Source: Candidatus Bathyarchaeota archaeon B26-2 (GTDB taxonomy: Archaea; Thermoproteota; Bathyarchaeia; Bathyarchaeales; B26-1). Taken from it: a stretch of 64,000 nt of DNA. Numbering within the stretch: position 1 is the stretch's first letter; each line of letters opens with the position of its first letter. The translations under genes and the position numbers were made by a program. The notes below the pieces were generated by a model. That model ran no database searches, was not told the DNA's origin, and worked only from the letters and a program-made list of their open reading frames with translations. The stretch lies in the NCBI GenBank assembly GCA_001593935.1, contig LUCE01000010.1, forward strand, positions 21,602 through 85,601, in the 5' to 3' direction. Shown in pieces: positions 9,403 to 17,844 of the stretch.

Positions 9403-10659
9403 TTACGTTAATTTTTTGGTTATCTCCTCGACGGCCGATATAAAACGTTCAGCCTCCTCAACAGTGTTGTATAGATACGTTGAGGCTCTGACGGTTCCCG
9501 GTCTACGGATCACGTTCCTCACCAGAGGGAGGGCGCAGTGGTGTCCAGACCTCACCATTATTCTGGCCAAGGCGTCTAAAGTTAAAGCGACGTCGTGGTG
9601 GTTCAGTCCGTCCACGTTGAAGGATGTTTTATACTTTGGTTCCGGGCTGTAGACCTCCACCTTTGGGATGCTCCTCAGGCCCTCATATATCTTCTCTGTG
9701 AGTTTGGCCTCATGCCTCTCGAGGTTCTCCACACCTATCTCTTTTAGGTACTCTACAGCGGCTCCAAGCCCTATGATGTCGGCTATAGCGGGAGTTCCAG
9801 CCTCGAATCGGGAGGGGCCTTCCTCGAGCTGGTAGTAGTCTAAACCAACGTCGGAGATCGTTCCACCTCCGATACAGAGCGGCTCAACCTCATTGAGGAG
9901 TTCCTCCTTTATGTAGAGGGCTCCTGAACCTGTTGGGGCACACATCTTGTGGCCTGAGAACGCTAGGAAGTCGCAGTTGAGCCTCTGTACGTCAACCCTT
10001 ATGTGGGGGACGGACTGAGCTCCGTCGACCAGAACGAGCGCTCCATGCTCATGGGCTATCTCCACTATCTCCCTAATGGGCATTATCAAGCCTAGAACGT
10101 TCGAGGCGTGGGTTACGGCGACGAGTCTTGTTCTGTCGTCTATGGCCTTCTCGAAGTCCGACACCTCAAAGAGGCCTTCTTCAAGGGGTTTAGACGGCTT
10201 AACGACTTCTATATCGACGCCGTATCGTTCTTTAACCCTAAGCCAGACTATAAAGTTTGAGTGATGCTCGATGAGCGAGGTTACCATCTTCTCCCCTCTT
10301 CTCCACTTTAGACCGTTGGCTACGATGTTTATTCCCTCGGTTGTGTTTCGAGTCATTACAACCTCGAAAGGAGTCAAAGCGTTTATGAAGTTCGCAACCT
10401 TCCTCCGGGCGGACTCGTACTCCTCGCTTGCCCTCTGGGAGAAACAGTGGATACCCCTCGCGATATTGGCCCTATACTCACGGTAGAACTCAAGCATCTT
10501 CTCCAAGACGGGTTCCGGTGTGAGACTGCTCGCCGCGCTATCCATGTAGATTATACCGTCTCTCAAGATGGGAAAATCCCGTCGAACCGAGTCAACATCC
10601 AGCATCGAGCACACCGACATACCAAAAATAGCGGCTAGACCATATAAATCAGCAACCAA
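9403..10659 (-). CDS. Class-V aminotransferase / cysteine desulfurase (SufS/CsdA-like)
   Basis: SGHKMCAPTGSGALY (PLP lysine) and RSGHHCALPL (active-site Cys loop). The true start is probably an internal Met (MLDVDSVRRDFPIL, about 10605). Confidence 0.85.
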   Translation of the reverse strand: MVADLYGLAAIFGMSVCSMLDVDSVRRDFPILRDGIIYMDSAASSLTPEPVLEKMLEFYREYRANIARGIHCFSQRASEEYESARRKVANFINALTPFEVVMTRNTTEGINIVANGLKWRRGEKMVTSLIEHHSNFIVWLRVKERYGVDIEVVKPSKPLEEGLFEVSDFEKAIDDRTRLVAVTHASNVLGLIMPIREIVEIAHEHGALVLVDGAQSVPHIRVDVQRLNCDFLAFSGHKMCAPTGSGALYIKEELLNEVEPLCIGGGTISDVGLDYYQLEEGPSRFEAGTPAIADIIGLGAAVEYLKEIGVENLERHEAKLTEKIYEGLRSIPKVEVYSPEPKYKTSFNVDGLNHHDVALTLDALARIMVRSGHHCALPLVRNVIRRPGTVRASTYLYNTVEEAERFISAVEEITKKLT

Positions 10660-10723
10660 GCCTTCGGAAACGTGGGGATCGCAGCGTCAGTGTAGAGAAG
10701 TGTCTCGAGGGAGATTGTTCCTC

Positions 10724-11677
10724 CTAGATTTTCTGGTCTGTGGTGAGGTTGAGGGCCCCGCACTTCTGAAGTAGGCTCTTTATCTTCTCCAAGTCTTCTC
10801 GGCTGATCCTCCTCTGTGGGGGTAGAGGTGGGCCCATAGGCTTCCCAGATGCCTCGAGTATCGCTTTGCTTATCGTTCCTTCGCCGATGCCTTGGTAGCC
10901 CATCTCCTCGGCCGAGCTCAATACCTCCCTCCAAGCGTGGAGCCTCTTGTATTCTCTGTCGAACTTGTTGAACTCCCCCTTCTCCAGTAGGTTAAGGAGG
11001 TACAACTCTGCCTTCGGCGCTATGTTTCCGAGGAGGGAGATGTAGCCTTTGGCGCCGAGCTGGTAGGCTAAGGAGATCAGTGTACTGTTATCTATGAAGT
11101 TCAGCCTTTTAGAGAACGTTTTAAGCATCGTGACGAAGTTTATTGGGTCGAACGACGTCCACTTAACGCCGACCACGTTTTCGAGCTCGGCAAGCCTCTC
11201 CATGAGGCTTGGCCTTATCTCATAGTTCATGGTGCACCAAGGAGTGTTATAGACCATTATCCCGACGTCCGCCGAGTCGTTGATCATCTTATAGTGGGTG
11301 TACACCTCGTCGTCCACAGGGGCCAAGTAATGGGGCGGATTAACCTGTAAAAAATCTATGCCCAAGTCCTCCGCCGTCTTAGCCCTCCTCACAGCCTCTT
11401 TACTGCAGCTCTCGAAGATTCCTGTCATCGTCGGAACTCTCCCGTCAGCCGCCTCGACGAGGACCTCCATAAGCCTTTCGTGTTCCTCCCTCGTTAAGAA
11501 GTATCCTTCACCCAAACCTCCCCCACCCATAAGCACAGCCTTACCCTCCACAAGCCCCTGATCGATGAGCCAGTTCACGTGTTCCTTGAACCTTTCATAA
11601 TCGACTTCGTAGTTCTCCCTAGTGGGGGTCGGTAAGGAGACAACGATCCCCCTCAACTTGTCGCGTCTATCCGTCAT
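10724..11677 (-). CDS. DapA/NAL-family class I aldolase (dihydrodipicolinate synthase family; specificity unknown)
   Basis: 317 aa. GIVVSLPTP..., YNTP and VVGVKWTS (Schiff-base Lys) motifs of the DHDPS/N-acetylneuraminate lyase family. Confidence 0.8.
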   Translation of the reverse strand: MTDRRDKLRGIVVSLPTPTRENYEVDYERFKEHVNWLIDQGLVEGKAVLMGGGGLGEGYFLTREEHERLMEVLVEAADGRVPTMTGIFESCSKEAVRRAKTAEDLGIDFLQVNPPHYLAPVDDEVYTHYKMINDSADVGIMVYNTPWCTMNYEIRPSLMERLAELENVVGVKWTSFDPINFVTMLKTFSKRLNFIDNSTLISLAYQLGAKGYISLLGNIAPKAELYLLNLLEKGEFNKFDREYKRLHAWREVLSSAEEMGYQGIGEGTISKAILEASGKPMGPPLPPQRRISREDLEKIKSLLQKCGALNLTTDQKI

Positions 11678-11679
11678 GA

Positions 11680-11699
11680 AGAGTGAGTCGGTTCACTCT
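11680..11699. promoter_or_regulatory. Perfect 7-6-7 palindrome AGAGTGA-N6-TCACTCT between the TATA-like box and the start codon of the DapA-family gene
   Basis: The minus strand reads GTTATATCG-AGAGTGAaccgacTCACTCT-TC-ATG. The palindrome fills the TATA-to-start interval. Confidence 0.3.
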
Positions 11700-11853
11700 C
11701 GATATAACGCTTTCCATAGACCTCTCCCATATCGGGGTTTGAAAGGCTCCGAACGATCTTGATTCTCGTATCTACTACTCTGTAATCCTTAAAAGTGAGC
11801 TGACAAAAGAATAACTTAGCCGATTAATGCCGGCCTTCGCATAGACGCCTCCT

Positions 11854-12771
11854 TCAACCGAGAATCTCGTGGAGGTAGACCTTAATGGGGCCGAACTTGC
11901 CGCCGTAGTTACCCGCAGAGATTCTGACAATCCCGGGAACCTTGACCGCTGCTTTGATCCCAGTGGCCATGGCTTCCTTGACGTATTCAAGTTCGAGCCC
12001 GTTTATAATTATCTCATAGACGCTGTTCACACCTTTTGGGACCTGCGACTCCGATAGAACTCCTCTAAGCTTTGGGCAGTACGGATGGTTCGTAGAGGCG
12101 GGCAGCTTATACTTGAGAGAACCGACCTTAGAGCCTGACCTGCAGATTCCGCCCGGGAAAGGCATAATCACCCCTTTAACGTTCTTCTTGATTGCTTCCA
12201 CGGCCTCCTCAGCAGCCGCGAGCCCGGAGCTCATGTCCCTAGCGAGGATTAGGAAGTTTCCTCCGGCCACAGCCCTCTTGGCTCCGAACGTGTCCTCGAC
12301 TACGAACTCTCCCTCCATGACCGGTATGCGCCAAACCCGCCTTCCGGAGATCTCGTCTCTCTTCTGGAAGCCGTCCCCGAAGAGGCGGAGACTCCTACCA
12401 ACTTTGAGTTTCCTCTTTGCGTCCGGCATAGCGTCGAAGGCAGCAGTGGTTGGACAAGTCATGACACACTGACCTATCCTCGCGATCATCTGCCTCTTCA
12501 ACTCAGTCCTCGTGGCATTGTAGATCTGGATGAGGGCTCCGGTTCTCCCGTCCGGGGTCTCCTCGGGGGGAACAGTCCCTTCGACTCCAGCCTCGGCTGG
12601 CGAGCCTATTATGGAGGAGGCGAAGCCTGTTGCAACCCTAGCAGCGGTTAAGGCCCACCTTTCATTCTCGGCTGTTATCAGGACTCTGCCGGCCCACATG
12701 GTGAAGAGCTCGGCAAACGTCTCTTCGATCTCCACGCCTTCGTAACGGAACATCTCAAACACCCTTCCCAT
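11854..12771 (-). CDS. ftr: Formylmethanofuran--tetrahydromethanopterin N-formyltransferase
   Basis: Near full-length resemblance to methanogen Ftr: GVEIEETFAE..., RVLITA, ATGF..S, PPEETPDGR, RIGQCVMTCPT.AAFDAMP, FGDGFQ, IPVMEGEFVVED, AGGNF, PFPGGI, PASTN..YCP, YEIIINGL, ISAGNYGGK. Confidence 0.93.
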   Translation of the reverse strand: MGRVFEMFRYEGVEIEETFAELFTMWAGRVLITAENERWALTAARVATGFASSIIGSPAEAGVEGTVPPEETPDGRTGALIQIYNATRTELKRQMIARIGQCVMTCPTTAAFDAMPDAKRKLKVGRSLRLFGDGFQKRDEISGRRVWRIPVMEGEFVVEDTFGAKRAVAGGNFLILARDMSSGLAAAEEAVEAIKKNVKGVIMPFPGGICRSGSKVGSLKYKLPASTNHPYCPKLRGVLSESQVPKGVNSVYEIIINGLELEYVKEAMATGIKAAVKVPGIVRISAGNYGGKFGPIKVYLHEILG

Positions 12772-13064
12772 GCTATTCTGATCTTGAGACTTAAATTTTT
12801 GATGTTTAGCCGACTGTCTGGAGATGAGTTGTTCACCTCGTGGAGGAAGATTCTCCTATGTGAACGTAGCTTGTGTGAACAACCCATGGCTAGTTTCGGA
12901 TTGCATCTTAGATCATCTGACACTTTAGTTATCTGGGTTCATCTTTGTGATATTTGAAGTTAATGTTGGTTTCACTTAACTGATTGTGATTTTCATGAAA
13001 ATGAAGTATGTATGGATAAAATTTAATAAGTGGCAATATTAAAAATATATTTATGGTGTAAAAG

Positions 13065-13322
13065 ATGAGTGGAAAAGAGTACAAATACTTCGTGGCAAAG
13101 AAACCGGAAGAAGCTCCAAGGCCTAGACAGAGAACGACAAAGTACGACGAGATACTTGATGAGTTCATGCAGTCTGGCGAACAAGTTGCTATGATATCAG
13201 CGGAGAGAGCTAAAGAGATGAAGATAAACATCGTAAGTCTACGAAGAAAAGCGAGGACGAGAGGACTACCTCTCGAAGTCTATAGCATAAAAAAGAACAT
13301 ATGGATTAGAAGGAAAGCGTAG
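13065..13322 (+). CDS. Small basic protein, unknown function (85 aa) in an AT-rich islet
   Basis: ATG ORF preceded by an AT-rich TATA-like region. Lys/Arg-rich with no recognisable motif. The call is supported by ORF length and context only. Confidence 0.35.
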   Translation: MSGKEYKYFVAKKPEEAPRPRQRTTKYDEILDEFMQSGEQVAMISAERAKEMKINIVSLRRKARTRGLPLEVYSIKKNIWIRRKA

Positions 13323-13642
13323 ACATAAACCATCCGGCAAAATAATCTTTACATGTATCTCCCTTCATCTCTACGCTTATAATAATTAAGGAGAATCCTT
13401 ATTCAATCTACTTTCCTCATCACATAGGTTTTCAAACACTACTTCACCCTTTCAAAAAGAACCGAAAAGAGAGGAAAGACGCCCAATATTTCGGGGCTTC
13501 ACCCCTCTTAGGAACAACCCAAATATGAGAAGACCCTACAGCCATAAACATCAAGGGTTAAATATTTTATATATTAGAGATGTCAGTATAGAGTATTGAA
13601 TGGTCTAAAGGGTTTCCTGAGGCTTGGAGAGTCCTCAAGGTT

Positions 13643-14821
13643 ATGGTGGAACTTGAGAGAATAGAGTATAGGCCGATCTCAGTTAGGGACCTGCTTATCG
13701 AGATGAAGAACCTCTCAGAGCTGATGCTTGACCTGGCTTATTCCGCGGCCCTCTTCAACAGCCACGAGCTTGCGGAGGAGGTTCTCGCCTTAGAGAGACA
13801 CATAGATCTACTCGCTTACCACCTAAACATGAACATGATGATGGCTGCAAGAGATGTAGAGGATGCCGAGGCCCTCCTAGGAGTCTCAAGGGTCTCATCC
13901 TCAACCGATAAGATATCTGATGCAGCGGCTGACATAGCGACCATAGTTCTGCGTGGTATAGGTATCCACCCGATCGTCCGTGAAGCTTTCGAGAGGGTTG
14001 AGGAGCACTTAGCTAGGGTTGAGGTTAATCCTGGCTCTCCACTGGCAGGGAAGAACCTGAGAGACCTTGAGATGGGAGTTGACGTCATAGCGTTGCGGAG
14101 AGGCCGTAGGTGGATCATCGACCCAGACGAAGAAGAGGTTATTCATGTGGGCGACGTGCTCATAGCTCGGGGAGCGGAGTCCGGCATTGAGGAGCTGAGG
14201 GGGTTAAGGGCTGAACACTACGAAATCCAAAAGCGCTTTGAGGGTATAGTTGAGGACCTTGTTAAGCTGAAGGATACCTCGGAACTGATGCTTGACCTGG
14301 CTTACTCATCTATCTTGCTGAACAGCCGTGAACTGGCGGACGAGGTTCAAGCCCTGGAGGAGTATATGGACAACCTTCATACGGAGTTTGAGTTGAGAAC
14401 CCTCTCGAGCGGCTTCAAACCTGAGGAGTCTAAAGACTTCTTGGGGTTGATAAGGCTGGGTGTAGTCACCGAGGAGATAGCCGATGCGGCGGCGGAGATA
14501 GCCGAAACCGTCCTTAGAGAGGTTGAACCACACCCGATCCTCAAGATGGCTATCAAAGAGGCGGAAGAAACCGTTACATCAGCGAGGGTCTCCGAGGATT
14601 CCCCTGTAAGAGGAAAAACCTTGAGGGATGCAAAGATCCCAGACGAGACAGGCATGTGGATACTCGTCATCAAGCGTGGAGACCGATGGATACGTCCGAG
14701 GCCCAACGCCCGGATAAAGACTGGCGACATACTCATCGCGTCCGGCTATGCCGAGGGAGAGAAAGACTTCAAGAGGCTTATCTCCGGGAAGGAGGACGAG
14801 AACCTAGAAGAGAGAGACTGA
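13643..14821 (+). CDS. PhoU-like + TrkA-C (RCK C-terminal) domain protein, internally duplicated (COG3273-like)
   Basis: Two tandem modules, each with a helical PhoU-like part (SELMLDLAYSA/S..L.N..ELA.EV.ALE) followed by a TrkA-C-like part (G.PL.GK.LRD...). Confidence 0.7.
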   Translation: MVELERIEYRPISVRDLLIEMKNLSELMLDLAYSAALFNSHELAEEVLALERHIDLLAYHLNMNMMMAARDVEDAEALLGVSRVSSSTDKISDAAADIATIVLRGIGIHPIVREAFERVEEHLARVEVNPGSPLAGKNLRDLEMGVDVIALRRGRRWIIDPDEEEVIHVGDVLIARGAESGIEELRGLRAEHYEIQKRFEGIVEDLVKLKDTSELMLDLAYSSILLNSRELADEVQALEEYMDNLHTEFELRTLSSGFKPEESKDFLGLIRLGVVTEEIADAAAEIAETVLREVEPHPILKMAIKEAEETVTSARVSEDSPVRGKTLRDAKIPDETGMWILVIKRGDRWIRPRPNARIKTGDILIASGYAEGEKDFKRLISGKEDENLEERD

Positions 14822-14897
14822 CGATAAGGCTAAATATTCCCGGCACAAAGTGAAGTTCTCACAAGAACCATATTTACGGCGCGGTGGATGCTGGTCG

Positions 14898-15323
14898 ATG
14901 GACACCTTGAAGGTCTCTCTGCTAACCGGTAGGACCGTCAACCAAGGGAAGTGGAAGGAACTCGGTAAACTCTCGAGAGAGTACATGGAGAGCGTTGCTG
15001 TCTGTGAGATGGACCCCCAAGACATGCGGAGAGTAGGCTTGAGAGAGGGGCGAAACGTTAAGGTTACGACGAGATTCGGCTCTGTCGTCGTGAAGGCGGT
15101 GAAATCTAAGAGGGGACCGCATCCCGGAAAAGTCTTCATTCCTTATGGGCCGTGGTCGAACATCGTAGTGGACCCAGAGACTGACGGAACGGGTATGCCC
15201 TCGCTGAAGGGAGTCGAGGCCACTGTTGAGCCGACTGAAGAGCCGATTATGAGCCTAGAGAAGATCCTTATGAGGTGTTATGGCGGTAGGTCTTTGGGAG
15301 GGGAGGAGAGAACGGATGCGTAA
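14898..15323 (+). CDS. fwdD: Formylmethanofuran dehydrogenase subunit D (molybdopterin dinucleotide-binding domain)
   Basis: LLTGRTVNQG..., VKVTTRFGSVVVKAV, FIPYGPWSN motifs as in FwdD/FmdD. The ORF is open from GTG 14850, but homology starts at ATG 14898. Confidence 0.85.
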   Translation: MDTLKVSLLTGRTVNQGKWKELGKLSREYMESVAVCEMDPQDMRRVGLREGRNVKVTTRFGSVVVKAVKSKRGPHPGKVFIPYGPWSNIVVDPETDGTGMPSLKGVEATVEPTEEPIMSLEKILMRCYGGRSLGGEERTDA

Positions 15324-16785
15324 GGTATCGGCCGTCGTCTGTCCCGTCTGTGGGTGTTGCTGCGACGATATAGAGGTCATAGTTGATGGCAACACAATAG
15401 TCGACGTTGTGAATGCGTGCGCCCTAGGGGCCTCAAAGTTCCTAAACTACAACAAGCATAGGCAGAGGCGGCCTATGGTCAGGAAGGGCGGGAGGCTCGT
15501 TGAGACATCCTTGGAGGAGGCCGTGCGGAGAAGCGCCGAGATACTTGTTGAAGCGTCGTACCCCATCCTTTACGGGTGGAGCTCGACGAGCTGCGAGGCC
15601 ATTAGGGTCGGCTTAGAGCTGGCTGAGGAGGTTGGAGGGGTTATCGACAACACCTCAACGATCTGCCATGGACCGTCAGTCCTCGCTGTCCAAGACGTAG
15701 GCCTCTCTGGATGCACTTTGGGACAGATAAGGCATCGAGCCGACCTCATAATATACTGGGGATGCAACCCTTGGAGCGCTCACCCCCGCCACATGGAGAG
15801 ATACACAGCTCTGACGGAGGGCAGGTTCCAGAGAAGCCTCTGGAGACGCCTCATACTGCGCTTCTACACGGATTCCATGAGGAAGAAGATGCTCAGGGTA
15901 GCCGAACTCTCCTTGATAAAGAGGCTCCTAGACAGGATCAAAGCCGGAAGGGCTGAAGAGGCATCTTATACTCTCCGACGTGAGGAGCGGAAAGTTGTGG
16001 TCGTCGATGTCCGCAGAACCCGGACGGCGGATCTTGCGGACTACTTCCTCCGAGTTGAGCCGGGTAAGGACTATGAGGTATTGCAGGCCTTAAGGGCTCT
16101 CATAAGGGATGAGGAACTCGACGTAGACGAGGTTGGGGGCATTCCCGTCGAGTCCCTAGAGGAGCTAGCGGACCTCATGATCGGGTGTAGACTGGGAATA
16201 ATCTTCTTCGGTGTAGGCCTAACCATGAGCGAGGGAAAAATTCGCAACATCGACGCGGCGATCTCACTGACGAGGGACCTCAACCGTTACACGAAGTTCC
16301 TCATCATGCCGATGCGTGGACACTTCAATGTGACGGGTGCAAACATAGTCTCTACTTGGCAGACCGGCTACCCTTACGCCGTCGACTTCTCGCAGGGTTA
16401 TCCACGGTACAACCCGGGTGAGACGTCGGTTGTGGATATACTCCTCCGAGGAGACTCCGACGCGGCACTCGTCATAGCCTCGGACCCGGTTGCGACCTTC
16501 CCGAGGGCAGCCGTGAAGAGCCTCGTCGAGAACCCGCTGATAGTCATCACTCCGGACGTGACCCCGACCTCTCTTATGGCAGACGTCGTTCTTCCCTCCA
16601 CCTTCGTAGGCATCGAAACTGCTGGAACGACGTATCGTATGGATCACGTTCCCTTACCACTCAAAGGGGTTGTAGAACCTCCGGAAGGATGCCTACCAGA
16701 CGAGGAACTCCTAAAGATGATCCTACGAGAGGTCAGAGCCATAAAGGGGGAAGCGGCTGCTTCAACCGCTCTTGTAAAGGCGTAG
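15316..16785 (+). CDS. fwdB: Formylmethanofuran dehydrogenase subunit B (Mo/W-bis-PGD subunit)
   Basis: VVCPVCGCCCDDIEV Fe-S motif, YGWSSTSCEA, DNTSTICHGPSVLA (Cys metal ligand, not TGA), IIYWGCNPWSAHPRHM. ATG 15316 has GGAGG upstream and overlaps the fwdD stop by 8 nt. An alternative ATG lies at 15280. Confidence 0.9.
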   Translation: MRKVSAVVCPVCGCCCDDIEVIVDGNTIVDVVNACALGASKFLNYNKHRQRRPMVRKGGRLVETSLEEAVRRSAEILVEASYPILYGWSSTSCEAIRVGLELAEEVGGVIDNTSTICHGPSVLAVQDVGLSGCTLGQIRHRADLIIYWGCNPWSAHPRHMERYTALTEGRFQRSLWRRLILRFYTDSMRKKMLRVAELSLIKRLLDRIKAGRAEEASYTLRREERKVVVVDVRRTRTADLADYFLRVEPGKDYEVLQALRALIRDEELDVDEVGGIPVESLEELADLMIGCRLGIIFFGVGLTMSEGKIRNIDAAISLTRDLNRYTKFLIMPMRGHFNVTGANIVSTWQTGYPYAVDFSQGYPRYNPGETSVVDILLRGDSDAALVIASDPVATFPRAAVKSLVENPLIVITPDVTPTSLMADVVLPSTFVGIETAGTTYRMDHVPLPLKGVVEPPEGCLPDEELLKMILREVRAIKGEAAASTALVKA

Positions 16786-16826
16786 AGCGTGGAACAGCGT
16801 AAGGACGTGTTGGCGGAGGGTTTTCC

Positions 16827-17261
16827 TTAAATCTCATTTACGTATGTTGATGCTATCCTTGCATCCAAACCGGCGTCCTTGAGTCTGTGTCTCCGTAGGT
16901 TCTGCCGTTCACTCTCAACTCGAAGGGTATGAACCCTTCGTGTAGGTTCTCTCCATGTTCTCTCATCAGAACGAATACACCTTTGACCACGACTGTGTCG
17001 CCCTCCTTTACTCCTATTCCATAAAGGACCGTGAACCTCAACAATTTTCCCGTTGACCCTTAACTCTATCTCCATCCACCCTATCTTCTCCACTTTACCA
17101 GTCAGCTCTTCCAATTCACCGTAGTTCCATCCACCCATCATGTGAGCCGTGGGAAACATGGGGTAAACCCACATGGTGAACCATGCTACATAGATTAAGA
17201 GGCCGAGGAGGCCACCCGCCATAAGCACGATTCCTAAGACCGCCCTCTCTCCGCGGCTCAT
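16827..17261 (-). pseudogene. Frameshifted small membrane-anchored protein with repeated ELRVNG motif
   Basis: Frame A (16827..17261) gives an N-terminal TM plus ...WMEIELRVNGK. Frame B (open from about 17059 to 16853) continues as LLRFTVLYGIGVKEGDTVVVKG...FELRVNGRTYGDTD. The likely shift site is the T4/A4 run at 17045-17048. After the shift, frame A is an R/S/G-rich tail. Confidence 0.55.
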
Positions 17262-17587
17262 TCCAACTCCTTCTTCATTCTAAGGTATTCTTCCCTCGTT
17301 ATCTCGCCCTTTGCGTATCGTTCCTTGAGTATCTCTAGAGCTCTCACGCTGCTAGATTGGCACCCGATCGTCTTAGGAAACTCTGTTAAGAGGAAGTAGG
17401 CGCCCAACACCGCGATAATTATGAACGCTAAAGGTATCAGGAACATGAAGCCCCATCCGAACCCCATCATACCCATCATCCCCGGCATGTACCAGCCCCA
17501 AGGCCACCAAGTCAGCATGGAGAAGGCTGCCATCAAGACCGCTACGGCTATAAGAATCCAGAAGAGTGTCGTCTTGTTCTCGGACAT
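17258..17587 (-). CDS. SHOCT-domain membrane protein
   Basis: Two TM segments, a Met/Gly-rich MPGMMGMMGFGWG stretch and a C-terminal SHOCT motif LKERYAKGEITREEYLRMKKEL. Its stop overlaps the downstream start (ATGA). Confidence 0.7.
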   Translation of the reverse strand: MSENKTTLFWILIAVAVLMAAFSMLTWWPWGWYMPGMMGMMGFGWGFMFLIPLAFIIIAVLGAYFLLTEFPKTIGCQSSSVRALEILKERYAKGEITREEYLRMKKELE

Positions 17588-17844
17588 TTCGGTTTCACCT
17601 CGCTATAACTATGTTATAAAATATAAACGTATCTATTCGGCATCCGAGGCTCGTTACTTTCGGTAAGGCTTCCAGAGGAACCGGGGCCCGCCCACCTAAA
17701 AGTAACAGAGCCAACACCCAATACGTAAGGAAACTGTGAAGCTAGAGTTTTCAACCACTCACTGGGAGGCTCAGAAGAACCCAAGCGGAAGGCTCATCAC
17801 TAAAAGAATAAAAAATCGATGTATCATAGGAAAAGTGAGAACTG

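Noticed and set aside
12929-13231. 100-aa hydrophobic ORF antisense to the 85-aa basic ORF
   Set aside because: It is the product of AT-rich sequence (Phe/Ile/Leu/Tyr-rich) with no start context. The plus-strand ORF has the better promoter context, although neither call is strong.
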